Below, one piece after another: positions 40,086 to 55,339 of a stretch of DNA of 64,000 nucleotides. This DNA comes from Octopus vulgaris. Its lineage: Eukaryota. Positions within the stretch are counted from its first letter, which is position 1; the number at the start of each line of letters is the position of its first letter. Under the pieces are notes generated by a model that saw only the letters and a list, made by a program, of their open reading frames with translations, made no database searches and had not been told where the DNA came from. The DNA lies in the NCBI GenBank assembly GCA_951406725.2, contig OX597823.1, positions 43,648,001 through 43,712,000 of the forward strand, written 5' to 3'. The translations under genes and the position numbers were made by a program.

Positions 40086-40966
40086 ATTACATGGGAAAAT
40101 GTGAACAAGAGAAATACTATTAAGATTATAAACCTGGAAAATTACAGGACAATTTATTACACTTGGAAAAGTTCAGGACAACATATTACAATTAGTAAAG
40201 AACATTTTTACTTAAGAACAAGGACATTTTTACTTAAAATATTGCAGGTAGGGATAACATTTCAAATACAATATTTAGATTTTTAAAATATTAGCCTTTA
40301 TTAAAACTAAAAATGTTATTACAAGTTATTCTTCTATTTGTTATTACTTGTTACTTCTAACGGAAATAACAATAATAACTCATAATATTTTTTGCACTTG
40401 AAAAATTCATTTTTTAGAAATATTAATTAATAATTAAAAATTTGAAAATAGGTTATAAAAAATAATAGTAGTACATAATTAGTTAGTACAATAAATAGAA
40501 TAATACAAAACTTAGTTATATATTACTGTAAAATCTACCTTTAACAACAAATTCACAGTAAAATTTGCTTGAGTTATTCCCTAAGTTCTTGCCAAGTCTT
40601 CATGTTTTTAGTGTTGATCCAATGCCTACTTTCTACATAATGATTTTGCCTACCAAAGTAGAATACTTTGCATAAAACTTTAACTATATCGGTACTTCTG
40701 GCTCTCGTTTTTGAAGTATTCTAGTGTTTTAATATTCCAACAAAATGATGGTCCCTGTTTTAATTATAATGTTAATTTGGAAATTAAAATCAAATAATTT
40801 CTAATATTCAAATTTTATCCATAGCTGCAATATTTTAAGTAAAAATGTTCTTTTCCTGATGTAATAAGTTGCCCTGAACTTTTCCAAATGTAATAACTTG
40901 TGCTGTAATTTTCCATGTATATAATCTTAAGTATATTATTTCTCTTGCACGCATTTTCCATGTAAT
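40086..40966. repeat. Old imperfect inverted repeat (arms ~40086-40280 and ~40800-40966), possibly a decayed MITE/foldback element
   Basis: attacatgggaaaat...ttggaaaagttcagg...gaacatttttacttaa is mirrored by ttaagtaaaaatgttc...cctgaacttttccaa...ttttccatgtaat. Confidence 0.8.
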
Positions 40967-41748
40967 CTATGTTTTTTCCAGGCTATGCTATTATGCTAAT
41001 TAATAATGTGTCAAATGTCTCAATTAGCGGTGTCGTTGATAATTTTTCCTTACCTCAATAACGCCGGTGACATATATTAAAAATCCCTTTATAGAACTAT
41101 ATTCATAAAAATGTACAGAACTATATTATCAACCTCAAATTTGAGAAACAAACACTCAAACTTTTGCTTTTAAAACATCATTGCATGAGATTGATGGCAT
41201 GAAATTCCTCGAACTCAATTATATTTAAACTTAATTAAAATATAGTTTCTTTTTAGAATAAAAAAGTTAATTATACTTAAATCCAATGTTTTGCCTCATA
41301 TCTTTTCATGATATTTTAAATAACAAATTTTTTTATACACATTTTTATAGCATGGGCCTAAAACTATAACATTCTTCATGAATTCTTCGATCATTGAAGA
41401 TAAATATATTTTACTTTTAAAATAAAAGAGTTATTTAGATCTAAACTTAGTGGCGTTACTTACTCTCCTATAATGTTGCAACAAATGTTGATGTAAACTT
41501 TTCGTACGGGATCAAATCTCAATTTCTTTATGCTAAAATGTAGCTAGGGAGCAGAACTTTTCAAAATGTTAACTGTTTTCAATTTGGTCGAGAAGTGAAT
41601 TAGCGACAAGCTCTGAAAGATGCTGCATGTGAGTAAATTGCGGCCTTAAGAATATTATTCAGCTACACCAGTAGTCGAATGATTATTTTATTTATTATTT
41701 ATTTAACATATGTAAGTTTAAACTCTCCATTTTCCCCTTATATATATA

Positions 41749-42314
41749 CTAGCAGTATTGCCCGGCTCAACTGGGATTTCAGGGAGTCGCTGGCGATGTA
41801 TCGTGATGATCAAAAATACGGCCTGCTAAAATTTGGTTAAAGTGATTCAAACTGCAGACTCAACGCAAAATGATCACATTTAATTCAAAGCGTTAAAAAT
41901 GTTATGAAAACAATTGGTATGTGTTCACGAAGTCCAAACGATTAATACGAAAAAACCCTCCAGGCTACATCCCGAAAATTCATTTCTTTGCCGAATTTCT
42001 ACAATGTTTACGGCGATTCGTTTTTATATCTTGGTTTTTTTATTTTTCATGCAATTTACGCATGCTTGCACGCGTGGTGAACACAGTTCACGTCAAACAG
42101 CTGACTGAGTAAAGTTCACTATTCAATGCATGGGATAAGGCCTAAACAAATACATTATCGATTTTTGCACTTGCGAGATGAATTTTGGAACAGAAATAGC
42201 GCAGTTCAATTTTCATTTGCCTAAACTTTAAGTGACCCATTTTTTGTGGTTCTACGATTTGTTGGCTAGGAGATGTGCCGGGAAGTTAAACACACAGACA
42301 CACAAGTTGAGTTT

Positions 42315-42325
<11 letters not shown>
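41749..42325 (-). mobile_element. Non-autonomous Helitron
   Basis: A|CTAGcagtattgcccgg...ctggg 3' end. The opposite end is acacagacacac...ttttattatatat. Confidence 0.75.
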
Positions 42326-42348
<23 letters not shown>

Positions 42349-42675
42349 ACATATCTATATATATACATATATAGATACATAGATATATTGATAGATATTG
42401 TATATATGTATGTATAATTGCGCACGCATGCATATATACACAGATTATTTTCGAATGAATACACACACATATGTATGTAGACACATAAATATATATGTAT
42501 GTGTGTACGCTTATATATATGTCTGTGCTTGTGTGTACATATATGTATACATATCATATATATGTACACTAATATATCTACATATATTAATATATGAGTG
42601 TGTGTGTGTGTATACAATAACGAACATACAGAGAAAGTGTGTGAGAAAATTAGAGAAGGTGAAGGAGATAGAAAC

Positions 42676-42912
<237 letters not shown>

Positions 42913-43064
42913 TAGAGAGAGAGATTCATAGGTATATGCCATTACATTTGAATGTATGCATGTATGTGCTATGAATATGTTTATGAGTACATGAATGCAT
43001 ATACTATGGATGCATGTACGTATATATCTATGTATGTAGGTATGTGTGTGTGTTTACGAATGTA

Positions 43065-43119
<55 letters not shown>

Positions 43120-43121
<2 letters not shown>

Positions 43122-43460
43122 TCTTTTACTCTTTTATTTGTTTCATTCAATTGACCACCACCTTAAAGTGTTTTAGTAAACGAAATCGACCCCAGGTCTT
43201 CATCTTTATAAGCCTAGTATTTAGTCTATCGGCTATTTTGCCGATACTCAACGTTACGGGGACGTACACACACCAACATCGGTTGTCAAGCGATGGTGGA
43301 CAAATACAGACACAAAGACGCACATAGCAAATTCACTAGCAAGACTTTGGTCGACCCGAAGCTATAGTAGAAGACACTTGCCCAAAGATGCCACGTAGTG
43401 GACTGAACCCGGAGCCTTATGGTTCGGAGGCAAGCTTATTACCACACAACCACACCTGCG
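43120..43460 (-). mobile_element. SINE family B copy
   Basis: acaccaacatcggttgtcaagcgatggtgg...agaagacacttgcccaaagatgccacgtagtggactgaacc. Confidence 0.8.
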
Positions 43461-44261
43461 CTTACATATACACATATATTTACATGTATATATGTATACA
43501 TATAACCAGCCCATCGTACAAAAAATTATTATTTTAGGAAGCCAATACATGGAAACTCACGAAATACAATTAATCCTCGTATATCCTTTTTGGTTCCAGT
43601 TGGTGACTTTTCCCGGTTAGATTTTCTGTGGTGTAATTACTCTCACATTAGAAGGATTGTCTTTCAGTAAGGTCTGATGTACTCGGATACAGCTATAGGA
43701 ATAACACTATATTACTAATAGCAAATGTTACACGAAAACGTTTTGTGGAATTTTCTTAGATGGTTTTAATATAGTTTGATTAAATTAAGTCCGGACTGCT
43801 ATTTCTCGCCTTAATTTTTTATTCTACTCGCTTACTTCAAATGTAATATAATCTTAATCCATTAAACCGATTTTAAAATGTTATTGGCATACTCTAGAGA
43901 CATTTCAATGTTTCGACTTAATTTCAAGCTAATCTGAGTCGCGTAGATTAATTGGCATTGCTTAAAAGAACGGCGAAACAACGTTGATGAAACAAAAACA
44001 GAAAGCTTTAAAAGCGGCTTTGCATTATCTACTCTATTAGCTGTGACTTCCTCATTTAACATACCATTAAAATATTGAATTATACTTAAATGGTGTACTT
44101 TATGGATTCGTAATTCTAATGGTCCTTAAAATGGACTACTGAAATGTACAGGAAATTGTTGATGAAATGATCCTAAGATATCAAAGGCTGAAACCTTATT
44201 TTAATAACTGAAACTTATAAGTAAGTATGTCTGTGCGTATGTATGTGTGTATATGTAAGTG

Positions 44262-44329
<68 letters not shown>

Positions 44330-44384
44330 GGCGGTGCCCCAGCATGGCCACAGCTCATGAGCTGAAACTAGAATCAATCAATCA

Positions 44385-44429
<45 letters not shown>

Positions 44430-44512
44430 TATATATATATGTGTGAATATATATATGTATATATGTATATGTATATATATACGCACATATATATGTACAT
44501 ATATATACACCG

Positions 44513-44574
<62 letters not shown>

Positions 44575-45506
44575 ATGTATATACATATAGATATAGTACA
44601 TATATTCTTTATTATTCTATCATGTGAATATGTATACGTATGTATGTATGTATGCATGCATGTATATAATACTTTTGTATAGGGTTATAGGAATTCAATC
44701 TTAATAACTAAATATGTTTCACATTTAAATAACAATAAGCTGTGAACTTAATTACAATGCAATGAAATATAAATTAGTATCGTGTGATCTTCTACTGTGA
44801 ATGGGTTGATATAAACAGACACATCGGCTTATTCGGTACTTGGACAATAAAGAATCAACTGGAAGCCGACCAATTTCAGAGGATCGAATGTAACTGCATA
44901 AATCACACACAAAAAGCTTTTGTTTAGTTTAAGCAATATCACTTCATAATATTTAATTTCAAAGTAGGAAAGACATGTGGAATCTTAGAAGAAGCAGGAT
45001 TCTCAGTTTTATTAAAATGTTATTGAAAGCCAGGGCATTGAAATAGTATTAAACTATCAGATAAATTGCAGCACAATTTTAATCAAGAAAATTAATAAAA
45101 TGTAATGTAAAATACTGGTTTTTCTAACAAGACACGAGGCTTTGAATATCCACGGCGCCATTTTTCTAATGGTGTGCAGTGGCTTTTCTGTCGTTCAATG
45201 CGCCTCCAATATGTTCGTGGGATTTTTGTTTTTATTTTATTTCTTCATTTATACATTTATTTATTTTTGCCTTATCGGTTTTCATTGAATCAACTTAAAC
45301 GTCGAACTCTGGTAAAATGGCCTGGCACCGAATAAGATAAAATGAATGGATATGGTCGTGTTAATGTTGCTGTCTCTCCCAGGTCAAATGGTTCCAACTG
45401 AGGAGCAGTATATACACAGTGTGGTTCACAAATCCCTTTGGCGTTTTAATGTTATATAAAATCTATATATATAAAGTCTTACCGTATGTTTTTAATACAA
45501 ATTTTG

Positions 45507-45543
<37 letters not shown>

Positions 45544-45807
45544 CATACATACATATATATATAATAATATATTATATTATATTTATATTATATAATATGT
45601 TATACTATATTATAACATTATACATAATTCTTTTTATTCGATATTTTAGAATAATATCATTGCCTTAAAATGAGAGATATTTGCAGTTCGAAAATGGCGT
45701 AAAATTAATTCCTATCGAATTATCTGTTCATACTTAGATCAATAACAAGGATAACACAAGAGATACTCGGAGTAGCATGAGTCTGACTCGACTGAAATAA
45801 CATATAT

Positions 45808-46008
45808 TCTTTTCTACTATTGGCACAAGGCCCGAAATTTTTGGGGAGGAGATGAGTCGATTAGATCGACCCCAGTACGGAACTGGTACTTAATTTATCG
45901 ACCCGAAGCGATGAAGGGCAAAGTCGACCTCAGTGGAATTTGAACTCAGAGCATAAAGACAGACGAAATACCGCTAAGCATTTCGCCCGGCGTGCTAACG
46001 TTTCTGCC
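45808..46008 (-). mobile_element. SINE family A copy with an alternative tail
   Basis: Core matches 10400-10560. Confidence 0.8.
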
Positions 46009-46719
46009 ACATTTCAAATAACGTATGTTAATCTCTACTATGTGAAGGAGCTTGGCTCTGTAGTTAGGGTGTTCGGCTTGCGATTGTAAGGTCTGGAGGT
46101 CAATATCCAACGGCATGTTGTGTCCTTGAGCATGATATTTTATTTCACGTTACCCCTGTCCATTCAGCTGATAAAAATTAGTAACACCTGTATTTCAAAG
46201 GGTCGACCATGTCACATTCTATGTGTTCTCTCTCAGAACTATGTAAAGGTCTGCCGTGCTCAACCACTTGATCGAATCAACTATAACACTCGTCTCCGTA
46301 CAGTACAGAGTGTCAGTTAATCTGTACTATGGTATTGACTGCAGTCGCCATATTTTATTCAATAAGTACCATCTCTGAAGAGCCTAGGGTGATATAATTG
46401 GGCTGTTATCTAACACGACATTCGGTTAGTATGCCTAATCTATTGACAAATATACTCGGTATATTAGTTTAAATGTTTGTGGCATAGTTCAACTGCTAAA
46501 AGGCAAATTCATTACAGTTAATAGAGAAAATAACTAACCTGTACTAAACTAAATTTTCCTTATGCCTAAAAACTGCTTGGCGCTTATATTTTGTTATTTA
46601 ATATGATCGGCCATCCACCTGAACAAATAAGTCAACGTTGTTGATTGTATTGCACATAATGCTATTGCTTTATAATATGTAATCTCTCATAGTTACCTCC
46701 CATCGATAAAAGTCAACTA

Positions 46720-47780
46720 ACTAGAAACATCGATATCTGGGAGTACTGATAGATGGTAACACTGAACAAATGGGGTGTTTTCACACCTTTTTACCATAAG
46801 AGAAATATTTTCTCTAAGGTAACTGCAGTGAATTTACCTTTTAACAGTTGGAATATGTCACAAATATATTTTAACTAACCTAAACACTGCTTGGCACTAC
46901 ACATTTCCTTTCTCAGTTACTGCCTTCACCACCACCTGAGCCCCAAATGTTTCCGTCTCTATTTCCACCCCATTTTCGATTATACTTCTACCATCTTACC
47001 CATACTCCGCACCACTTCTTACCGCCGTATGCGTGCCACCATTCGTTCTAATCTCTCTAAAATACACACCCTCGACTGCCTTCTCTTTCTCGTTAATTTT
47101 CTTTTTCTTTCTTGCTGCTCAATATCCGTTGCACATTTCACCTTAGCTTCATTCTCCGCCTAAACCACCTCTTCCATGACATTCTGGCTTGTACTCAAGA
47201 ACATAAACTTTACTCTTTTATCCTGTCCCACCCGATGCCACTACTCCCACTCATCCCTCCCTGATTCACTCCCCATCCTCACTACAACCCTTCCATTACT
47301 CCAATCCTCCCACATATCACTTCCTCCTCTCTCTCCTCCCAGCCTCTCACCACCTCCCTCACGTAACTTACCCTCGTGCCCCCCACGTCAGTTTGTGGTT
47401 ACCATTCCTTCTGATCTCTCACTCTCTATCTCTCTGAAGCAGAGCGCTCCATTCTCAGTTAGAATTTGCGCTTCACCCCCATCATTCTATCCAGTAATAA
47501 GTTTCAGACCCGTGCTGATAACCAACATTTCGTGCGCCGCGTCAGGCTACATGCACTATTCCACAACACCGATGGCCGCCGACCATCCTACTGGACGCCA
47601 ACTCCTGGCCAGTTCCAAGCATTTATCATTCTGCAAGCATTTGCTAATGTGTTGTGGTCCGGTTTTACTTAGAAAGACGTCCCCGACATTTCAGTATCTT
47701 CTCGGCCGAATTCTCGGCCCTTCGATGTCTCCGACCCTGCAAAGATATGATCATTGAACCGGCTGACAAGGGTGAAGCTA
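46720..47780 (+). mobile_element. Penelope-like element 5' part (terminal repeat and degraded N-terminal ORF)
   Basis: FVVTIPSDL, LRFTP, FVRRVRLHALF...WTP and IIEPADKG (PLE IIKPADKG motif). 46724-46890 is homologous to 5708-5895. Confidence 0.7.
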
Positions 47781-47901
47781 TATATATATATATCACGTGA
47801 CCGACCATACCATCAGATGTTGTTACACATCGCTGGTAACAATGCGTTCGCATTGTTTTAGCCTTCGAATGACGCCACCCCGCTGGCTAAGCGAGCAGGC
47901 C

Positions 47902-47938
<37 letters not shown>

Positions 47939-49746
47939 GAAAGAGAGAGAGAGAGAGAGACACACACACACACACACACACATATGTATCCTGCCAATAT
48001 ATATATGTACCAGTTTCTTCAAAATAGTTATATGTTTCTTTTACAATGAAAAACATTAAAATTATGTTAGATGTCACCAAGATATATTCACTTAGTTGGG
48101 TACGCAAGTTCACACGTTCACAAGTGTAAGATAAGTTGGGAAGTTGGAAAGTTACAAATTAATGACAATAATTCAGTGAGGAAAGACTCATTATATAAAC
48201 AGAACCAGCAGTCTTAAATTTCGTGTACTATTTTTCCTCTTTTGGCTGAAGAATTTTTGCAAGCTTAGTCATGAATAGGAATTTTACCTTCAGAAACACG
48301 ATTCGTAATTCGGCCGACATAGATCCAAATTTGAGTTTGATTTTGGTTTAAAAAAGACGAAAATATTTCCTCATGCATATTCAAAATGTTGGCAAGTAAA
48401 ATACGTAAATTGTGGTTCCTACTGCAACATTTGTTTGTCTTGGCATTTGTCGTGGCATTCCATTTTATTGCTAGTTTGCTTTCATTTCTCTCTTCGAAAA
48501 ACCAAATATATTGTCATAGAGAATTGAAATGTTTCCAGCTTCATTACGTGAACTGTGATGTGTTATATACGTATTATGCTTAAAAGTGTTTTTAAGGTAA
48601 CATCTTTTAATGATGTCTTTTCTTTACGAAACCTGATAACTTTAAATTTTAAGTTGGGAATGTGTGACTTGAAAATGGAAAATTCCAAAACGTTATTCAT
48701 TTTGATGTGAAATATCCCTTTTCAGTATGAAACACACGTCATATTTCGATGTCATACAAGTAACATAGGTTAGGTAAAGAATTTGAAGCATCTGGAGCAA
48801 TCTTCGATCATTTTTGTGCCTATTTATTAGGGAAAGAAAGCTTGTCAGTTAAAGAAGCGAAGCTTCATGAAAACTAGGGTATCTGATATACAGCCATCAG
48901 CCGATTACATGTAAAGCAAGTGGGAGTGCGGACGCATACATGTGCACCTGTGTGCACGTGTATTTGTGTTGAGTGTGTTGTGTGTGCGTGCGTACATAAA
49001 TGTATATATATATGTGTATATATATATATATATATATGTGTGTGTATATATATATATATATATATACCTATGTATGTGTATATTTGTATATATGCATATG
49101 TAGTATACATGTATATACATAAAGGTATTTTTATATTTATATATATATGTGTGTGTATCTGAGTGTGTAAATATGTATGTATGTATATATGTATGTATGT
49201 ATGTATGTAAAAGCATATGCATTTGTGTATATAAATATAAATATCATTGTCTTCCTTGTGTGTGTGTATATCTGTGTATATTTAATCAAATTGCGCGAAA
49301 CATCACAGTGATATTAACTGTTTAACTGTTTAACGTCACAACAGAGAGATCGAGTTAAATAAAATATATTTCAATAGACTCAAATCTCTCTTGTCGATGT
49401 CCATAAACAAATCCCAACAGAGAGCATTAAGACAGTAATATATGAGTAATAAAACTGTTATGACATGTCCTATGTTATAAAAATAAATATCACATGTTAG
49501 CAATAAAATCTAGAATTATGAAGATCGCCATTTCAGGTATTGCTATATAGCAATTAACATGTAGTTTCCTTTATTGAGGGTTATGGTGGGAAGTCGATTG
49601 GCAATAATGAAACGGAATATGTTGACCTGTAATTAAAATTCTTGTTAATAACGTCAATGTCGTAATATTTCTGTCATTTGTGTCGAACTTTTCTATTTTG
49701 CTTTATTTCGGTTCTGTTTGCTGTTATATATATATATATATATATA

Positions 49747-49958
49747 TTTCTTTATTACCCACAAGGGGCTAAACACAGAGAGGACAAACAAACGGATTAA
49801 GTCGATTATATCGACCCCAGTGCGTAACTGGTACTTATTTAATCGAACCCGAAAGGATGAAAGGTAAAGTCGACCTCGGCGGAATTTGAACTCACGACGT
49901 AGCGGCAGACGAAATACGACTACGCATTTCGCCCGGCGTGCTAACGTCTCTGCCAGCT
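49747..49958 (-). mobile_element. SINE family A copy
   Basis: Closely matches 10339-10562. Confidence 0.85.
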
Positions 49959-50927
49959 GTGTGTGGTTGCGTGTGTTTATCCGAGTGTGTGTAAGTGCTA
50001 ATACATATGCACATATATGCGTCGGTATATATCTAATACACTTATATATGATGTATATATCTATATATAGGTGTATATGTATGTTATATATATGGGGGTG
50101 TATATATGCATACATGTATGTCTTTATTTATGCATGCATGTATGTATGTATGTATGTATGTATGTATGTATGTATGTATGTATGTATGTATGTATGTTGC
50201 AGCACGGTGCGCACAACATCAGGAGAAGGCCGTAAAATCGAGAGGAAGTCGTCCCTTCCGTCTGTAGGCTAGGGTGACACCTTGAACAAACGTTAGCAAC
50301 CCCTTAGGTGTCCGCCAGGTATGTGGTGAGTATGTCGGCAGCAGAACTTTGGATAATCCACCAGGCGGAGAAGTCCTAGATCAACGGTTTGAAGGTTATT
50401 GCAGCAAAATGCAAGATCTATACCATCTGACAATTGTTCATCAACTAGCAAGCTAGCTGCTACTGCGGAGCAGCCTCAGCGTCCACCATGCTCATTGCAC
50501 TCTTGTACACTACTTGGTACTTGGTGCGGGTTAATGTGGGGGCGACGTCAATAGGCGTTCTGCTCGGAGAGGTGAGAAACCCTACGGCGTGTATATGTGA
50601 CGGTAGTCGGTGTAACTGGAAGCCATTAGCAATAGCTCAACAGGCAGGTGGCTCACTCCCGATGGTCGCATTCAGTGCTGACCTCTGAGCACCAGCAGGT
50701 AGAGACAGCAGTATCGGTGTCCGAGCAGCCCTTTTTGGGGAGTACTATCCTCTCCGGAAGCTGAAGGTCCCTTTTTTTCTAAACAGTGCAATCAAAGTCG
50801 ACATACAGAGGACAGCTGCCGAAACATGTATGTAAACACTCAGGCACATACATACATACACATACACACGCGTACATGCCCCACACACACAAACACGCAC
50901 ACACACGCACACACGCACACGCACACA

Positions 50928-50973
<46 letters not shown>

Positions 50974-51051
50974 CATAATATATATATATACTTTTATATA
51001 TATATATATAGATATAGATATACAGACAGGCAGACAGACAGACAGACAGAC

Positions 51052-51147
<96 letters not shown>

Positions 51148-51159
51148 TCTTTCTTTAAG

Positions 51160-51360
51160 CCTTTCTCTTGTTTCAGTCATTCGACTGCAACCAGGCTGGA
51201 ACACCGCCTTTAGTCGAACAAATCGATCCTATGACTCATTCTTTGTAAACGTAGTACTTATTCTATCGGTCTCTATTGTCGAACCGCTAAGTTACAGGGA
51301 TATAAACACACCAACATCGGTTTTCAAGTGATGGTGACGGAGACAAGCACAGTCACACAA
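51160..51360 (-). mobile_element. SINE family B 3' fragment
   Basis: tagtacttattctatcggtctc...aacacaccaacatcgg. Confidence 0.75.
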
Positions 51361-51944
51361 ATATATACATATATCAACTTCCTGTGTTGAACTTCCTGTC
51401 TTTGGCCTCCTAACAAGCTATTTACACACGCACGTATGTATACATCATTACAGTTGCGACGATATCTGATAAATATTTTTAAAAAAACAGAATTTCTAAA
51501 GGTCCTTTCATGTCAGAAAAAAAATTCATACGGAGAAAGACGCCTTTTTCTCAATTAATTAAATGAGGTACTGTATATTGTAAATTGATTTTCCAATACA
51601 TATTTCGGACAATTTTGGAACAAGTCGCCTTATTAAGACTTGATATTTCACATTTAAATTATTCTTGGCGCAAATCGACTTTACACCTTCACTTAACTGT
51701 TTTGTCAGTGTCAACATAGTAACCAGCTATTTACACACACACACACACATATGTATACATCATTACAGTTGTGACAATTTCAGAAAAATAAAATTAAGTT
51801 CCAAAGTTACTTTCATTTTTTATGTTTTCCAGCTTTCTGTTTGTGTAAGATATATGCTTATGTGAGTGTGTGTCAGTGGGAAACAAAATTTCAGACGGAT
51901 TTCATTTAATTGACCAATTGTCAAAAGGGTATAACTATAAATTA

Positions 51945-52681
51945 CTGCCCCTACCCACGACTTTCGATGATCATAACTTTCAGGAAAATGGATATTTCTA
52001 ATGAAATTTTCTACGAATATGTGTTATATCATGTAAATTTCTAATATACAAAATATTTTAGGGAAAAGTTTTTAGGAAGGCGTGAGGGAGGATATTCGGT
52101 TAAAATTCACCGGAGTCCACTTCACTTCACTTAACTTTCAGGAAAAATGGATATATTTTTAAAGAAATTGTCTATAAATATGCTTCGTAATATGTACATT
52201 CCGAGCATATAGGAAATTGGGCAGAAAACAATTGGGGGTTATTTTTGCGAACCGTTCCCCACTCGGGAGTGTTTCGGAACAGGTCGTCCCTATTTGTTAC
52301 TTTTTCTCTGTTTTGTGCGTTTCTGCATCCGTACAATTCTATTGAAGCAACAGGCAATGAAGGCAAATGAAGCCCTTACAAGAAAACTCATACTGAATAT
52401 AATAACTAAATGTCTGGTACACAGATATATGTTATTAAGACGGCTTAACTGTTGCATAAGATATTTTTTTCAATTTCAGTAAATTCCCAGGTAAACGTTT
52501 CTAATACAAAGGCAGAAGACACCAGAAGCAAAAATAAGGAATACACACGCACAGTTAAATATAGGAGTGTAAAGTATAATTTGTTACATAATCTCTATAA
52601 TAAACATGATATTGAATGGAATAACTCCCAGTTTGAACTTTTTCCATTATGTGTGTGTGTGTGTGTGTCTGTGTGTATCTG

Positions 52682-52722
<41 letters not shown>

Positions 52723-53213
52723 ACACTGAGAATAAGCATGCCACCTATTTTTACTTTTAATTTTTCTACGGATTCCGACCTTGTCTCCAACGGAGATTCT
52801 GAATATCCAAAAAATCTACGTTTAGACTTTTTAATACACCCACTACTGAAATTTTCAATTTTTTTCCCGAAATTTTACGACTAGGGTTAAAGGTTATATA
52901 CGGATGCACAAATGCACAAAACGGAGAAACTGAGACAAATATAAGCAACTTGTTCCGAAATACGCCCCAGTGGGGAGCAGTTCGCAAAAGTTTTCCCCAA
53001 AAATCGTATATGCTTGGAATCTACATAGTCCGAGGTATATTTGTAGATGATTTCATTAAAAAAATATCCATTTTCCCCCTTCTAAAAACACTTTCCCCAA
53101 AAAATTTTGTATATTCGGAATTTACATGATATAACACATATTCGTAGAAAGTTTCATAAAAAATATCCATTTTTCTGAAAGTTATAACATCCAAAGTCGG
53201 GTGGGAGTGGCAG
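51945..53213. repeat. Diverged inverted repeat (arms ~51945-52333 and ~52899-53213)
   Basis: ttctacgaatatgtgttatatcatgtaaatt and its exact inverse near 53119-53149, with collinear similarity out to tgcatccgta / tacggatgca. Confidence 0.88.
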
Positions 53214-53254
53214 AAAGCCTGTGGTGAGATGGTACCAAATGTTAATGATATCAT

Positions 53255-53385
53255 AATGCATATGCTCCCAAATATTGCACAAAACTTTAGTAACAGTCAA
53301 TGGCTCTGTGAGCGAGTCATCTTAGATCCAGGTAATGATGCTGTCAACAAAATCAACTGGAATCTCTTGCAGCTGTTGCCTAGAC
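53255..53385 (+). pseudogene. Helitron Pif1 helicase fragment
   Basis: LPNIAQNFSNSQWLCERVILDPGNDAVNKINWNLLQLLP matches the WL.ERAILAP.N..V..IN motif. Confidence 0.8.
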
Positions 53386-54258
53386 AATTTTAACATTGAG
53401 AACATATATATATATATATATATATAAATGATAAACTGTAACACACAACAGATGTTCCTTTGTCAGGTTAAAAAAACACAGTACCAAAAAACATTGTAAT
53501 GTTTTCAGTTCCATTAGATTCGTGACAAATATGACCCACATTATAGAGCCACCCTTATATCTTCCACATACTAACAGTTTTAAGTGCCTGGTACATGCTA
53601 TTAAGATATACTCATTTACAAAAACGTAACTGGAGGACGGGAGAACGCTGGGAGATGGGTATAAATTGGAGTGGAAGCGATAGGGGTGGGAAAGTGGGGT
53701 GGCACTTTTGGTTTTGCCGCATAAGCCTGTACAGGGTCGGAAATGACCCAAGTCAATGGCTGCCTATTGCGGCACACACTCTAGCTATACTATTGCTCGT
53801 ATGTGAGTGACTACTGTGACAGCAGTATGATTCCAGGGCGATTTAGCAGTTCTTTCTAGGAGGTCGTGAGAACGATTTAAAGCTTCTTCTTAAGCTCATT
53901 CTTCTTTCATCGTTAGGTGGGTAGAAAATATATCAGTAAAATACTTACTTAAAACCAATACACTATTCACCGGTGTCTGCAATTGCTAGTCTTCTGTCTA
54001 TGTAAGAGACATCGCTTTGAAGAAAGCTACGGTAATAACCATCATCATCATCATTATCATTGTGGTCGTTATCGACATCATCATTAATATCATCAGTCTG
54101 GCATTTGAGAGAATGGCGTTGTTATCTTTGAGATTTCTATAGAGAAAACTGATGAGTGAACAAAGAGTGGAAGATATTGTTAAGCCGATATATTAAATTT
54201 GTGAGGTGTTTAATTCTTTTTTCTTGGTTGTCTGATGTATGAATATATGTATATATAG

Positions 54259-54327
<69 letters not shown>

Positions 54328-54392
54328 TATATATGTATGTATATATGCATATATATCTATGTTTATTTAAAAAACATGAATATGTCAGGGTA

Positions 54393-54431
<39 letters not shown>

Positions 54432-54708
54432 GTGTGTGTATATATAAATATATATATATATATATACATACATATACAGACACGTATACATATATTTGTG
54501 TACACATTAACATATATATATGCACGAATATTTCTGTGTATAAGCATATATATACACATACATATACACATACATATACACATACATACATATGTAAATA
54601 TTTCTGTATGTAAATGTATATATACATGTATACATTTATGTGTATAGATATACACAAATACACACACATATATGTGTGTGTTATGTGTGCATATATAAGC
54701 ACTTAGAC

Positions 54709-54773
<65 letters not shown>

Positions 54774-54827
54774 CTTAGATGTATTTGATAGTATATACAT
54801 ATATATATATATATATATATACGTATG

Positions 54828-54859
<32 letters not shown>

Positions 54860-55261
54860 TGTATGCATGCATGTATCTACGTATGTGTGTATGTTTGTAT
54901 ATATTTATATTTAAAATTTTGCGCAACAGTCTTTTCAATTAATAAATTATATTTTGCAAGACAGGAGAAGCTTGTTAAAAACTTATTAAAAGAAACTTCA
55001 ACAAGACAGTGTTTTACTTTGAATACTTACGTTAAATACTATATAAATGTGAGTGTAGTATGTATGCCTGTACAACTACAAGAGTAGAGAGTAAGGTATC
55101 GTATTGAGAGAGACGGGCACGGTCAAACAGCGAATGAGTTTCTTCATAAGATAGACGTATCGACACTCAAAGACAGGTAGATTTTAAAGATGTCGATGGA
55201 AAAGAAAGAAAAAGCTATATATATCTATACATATATATGCATACACGCGCGCATATATGTT

Positions 55262-55339
<78 letters not shown>

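Noticed and set aside
50200-50790. GC-richer segments here and at 23800-24280 as host exons
   Set aside because: No coherent frame or splice pair. They look like retroelement UTR remnants, but the family could not be supported.
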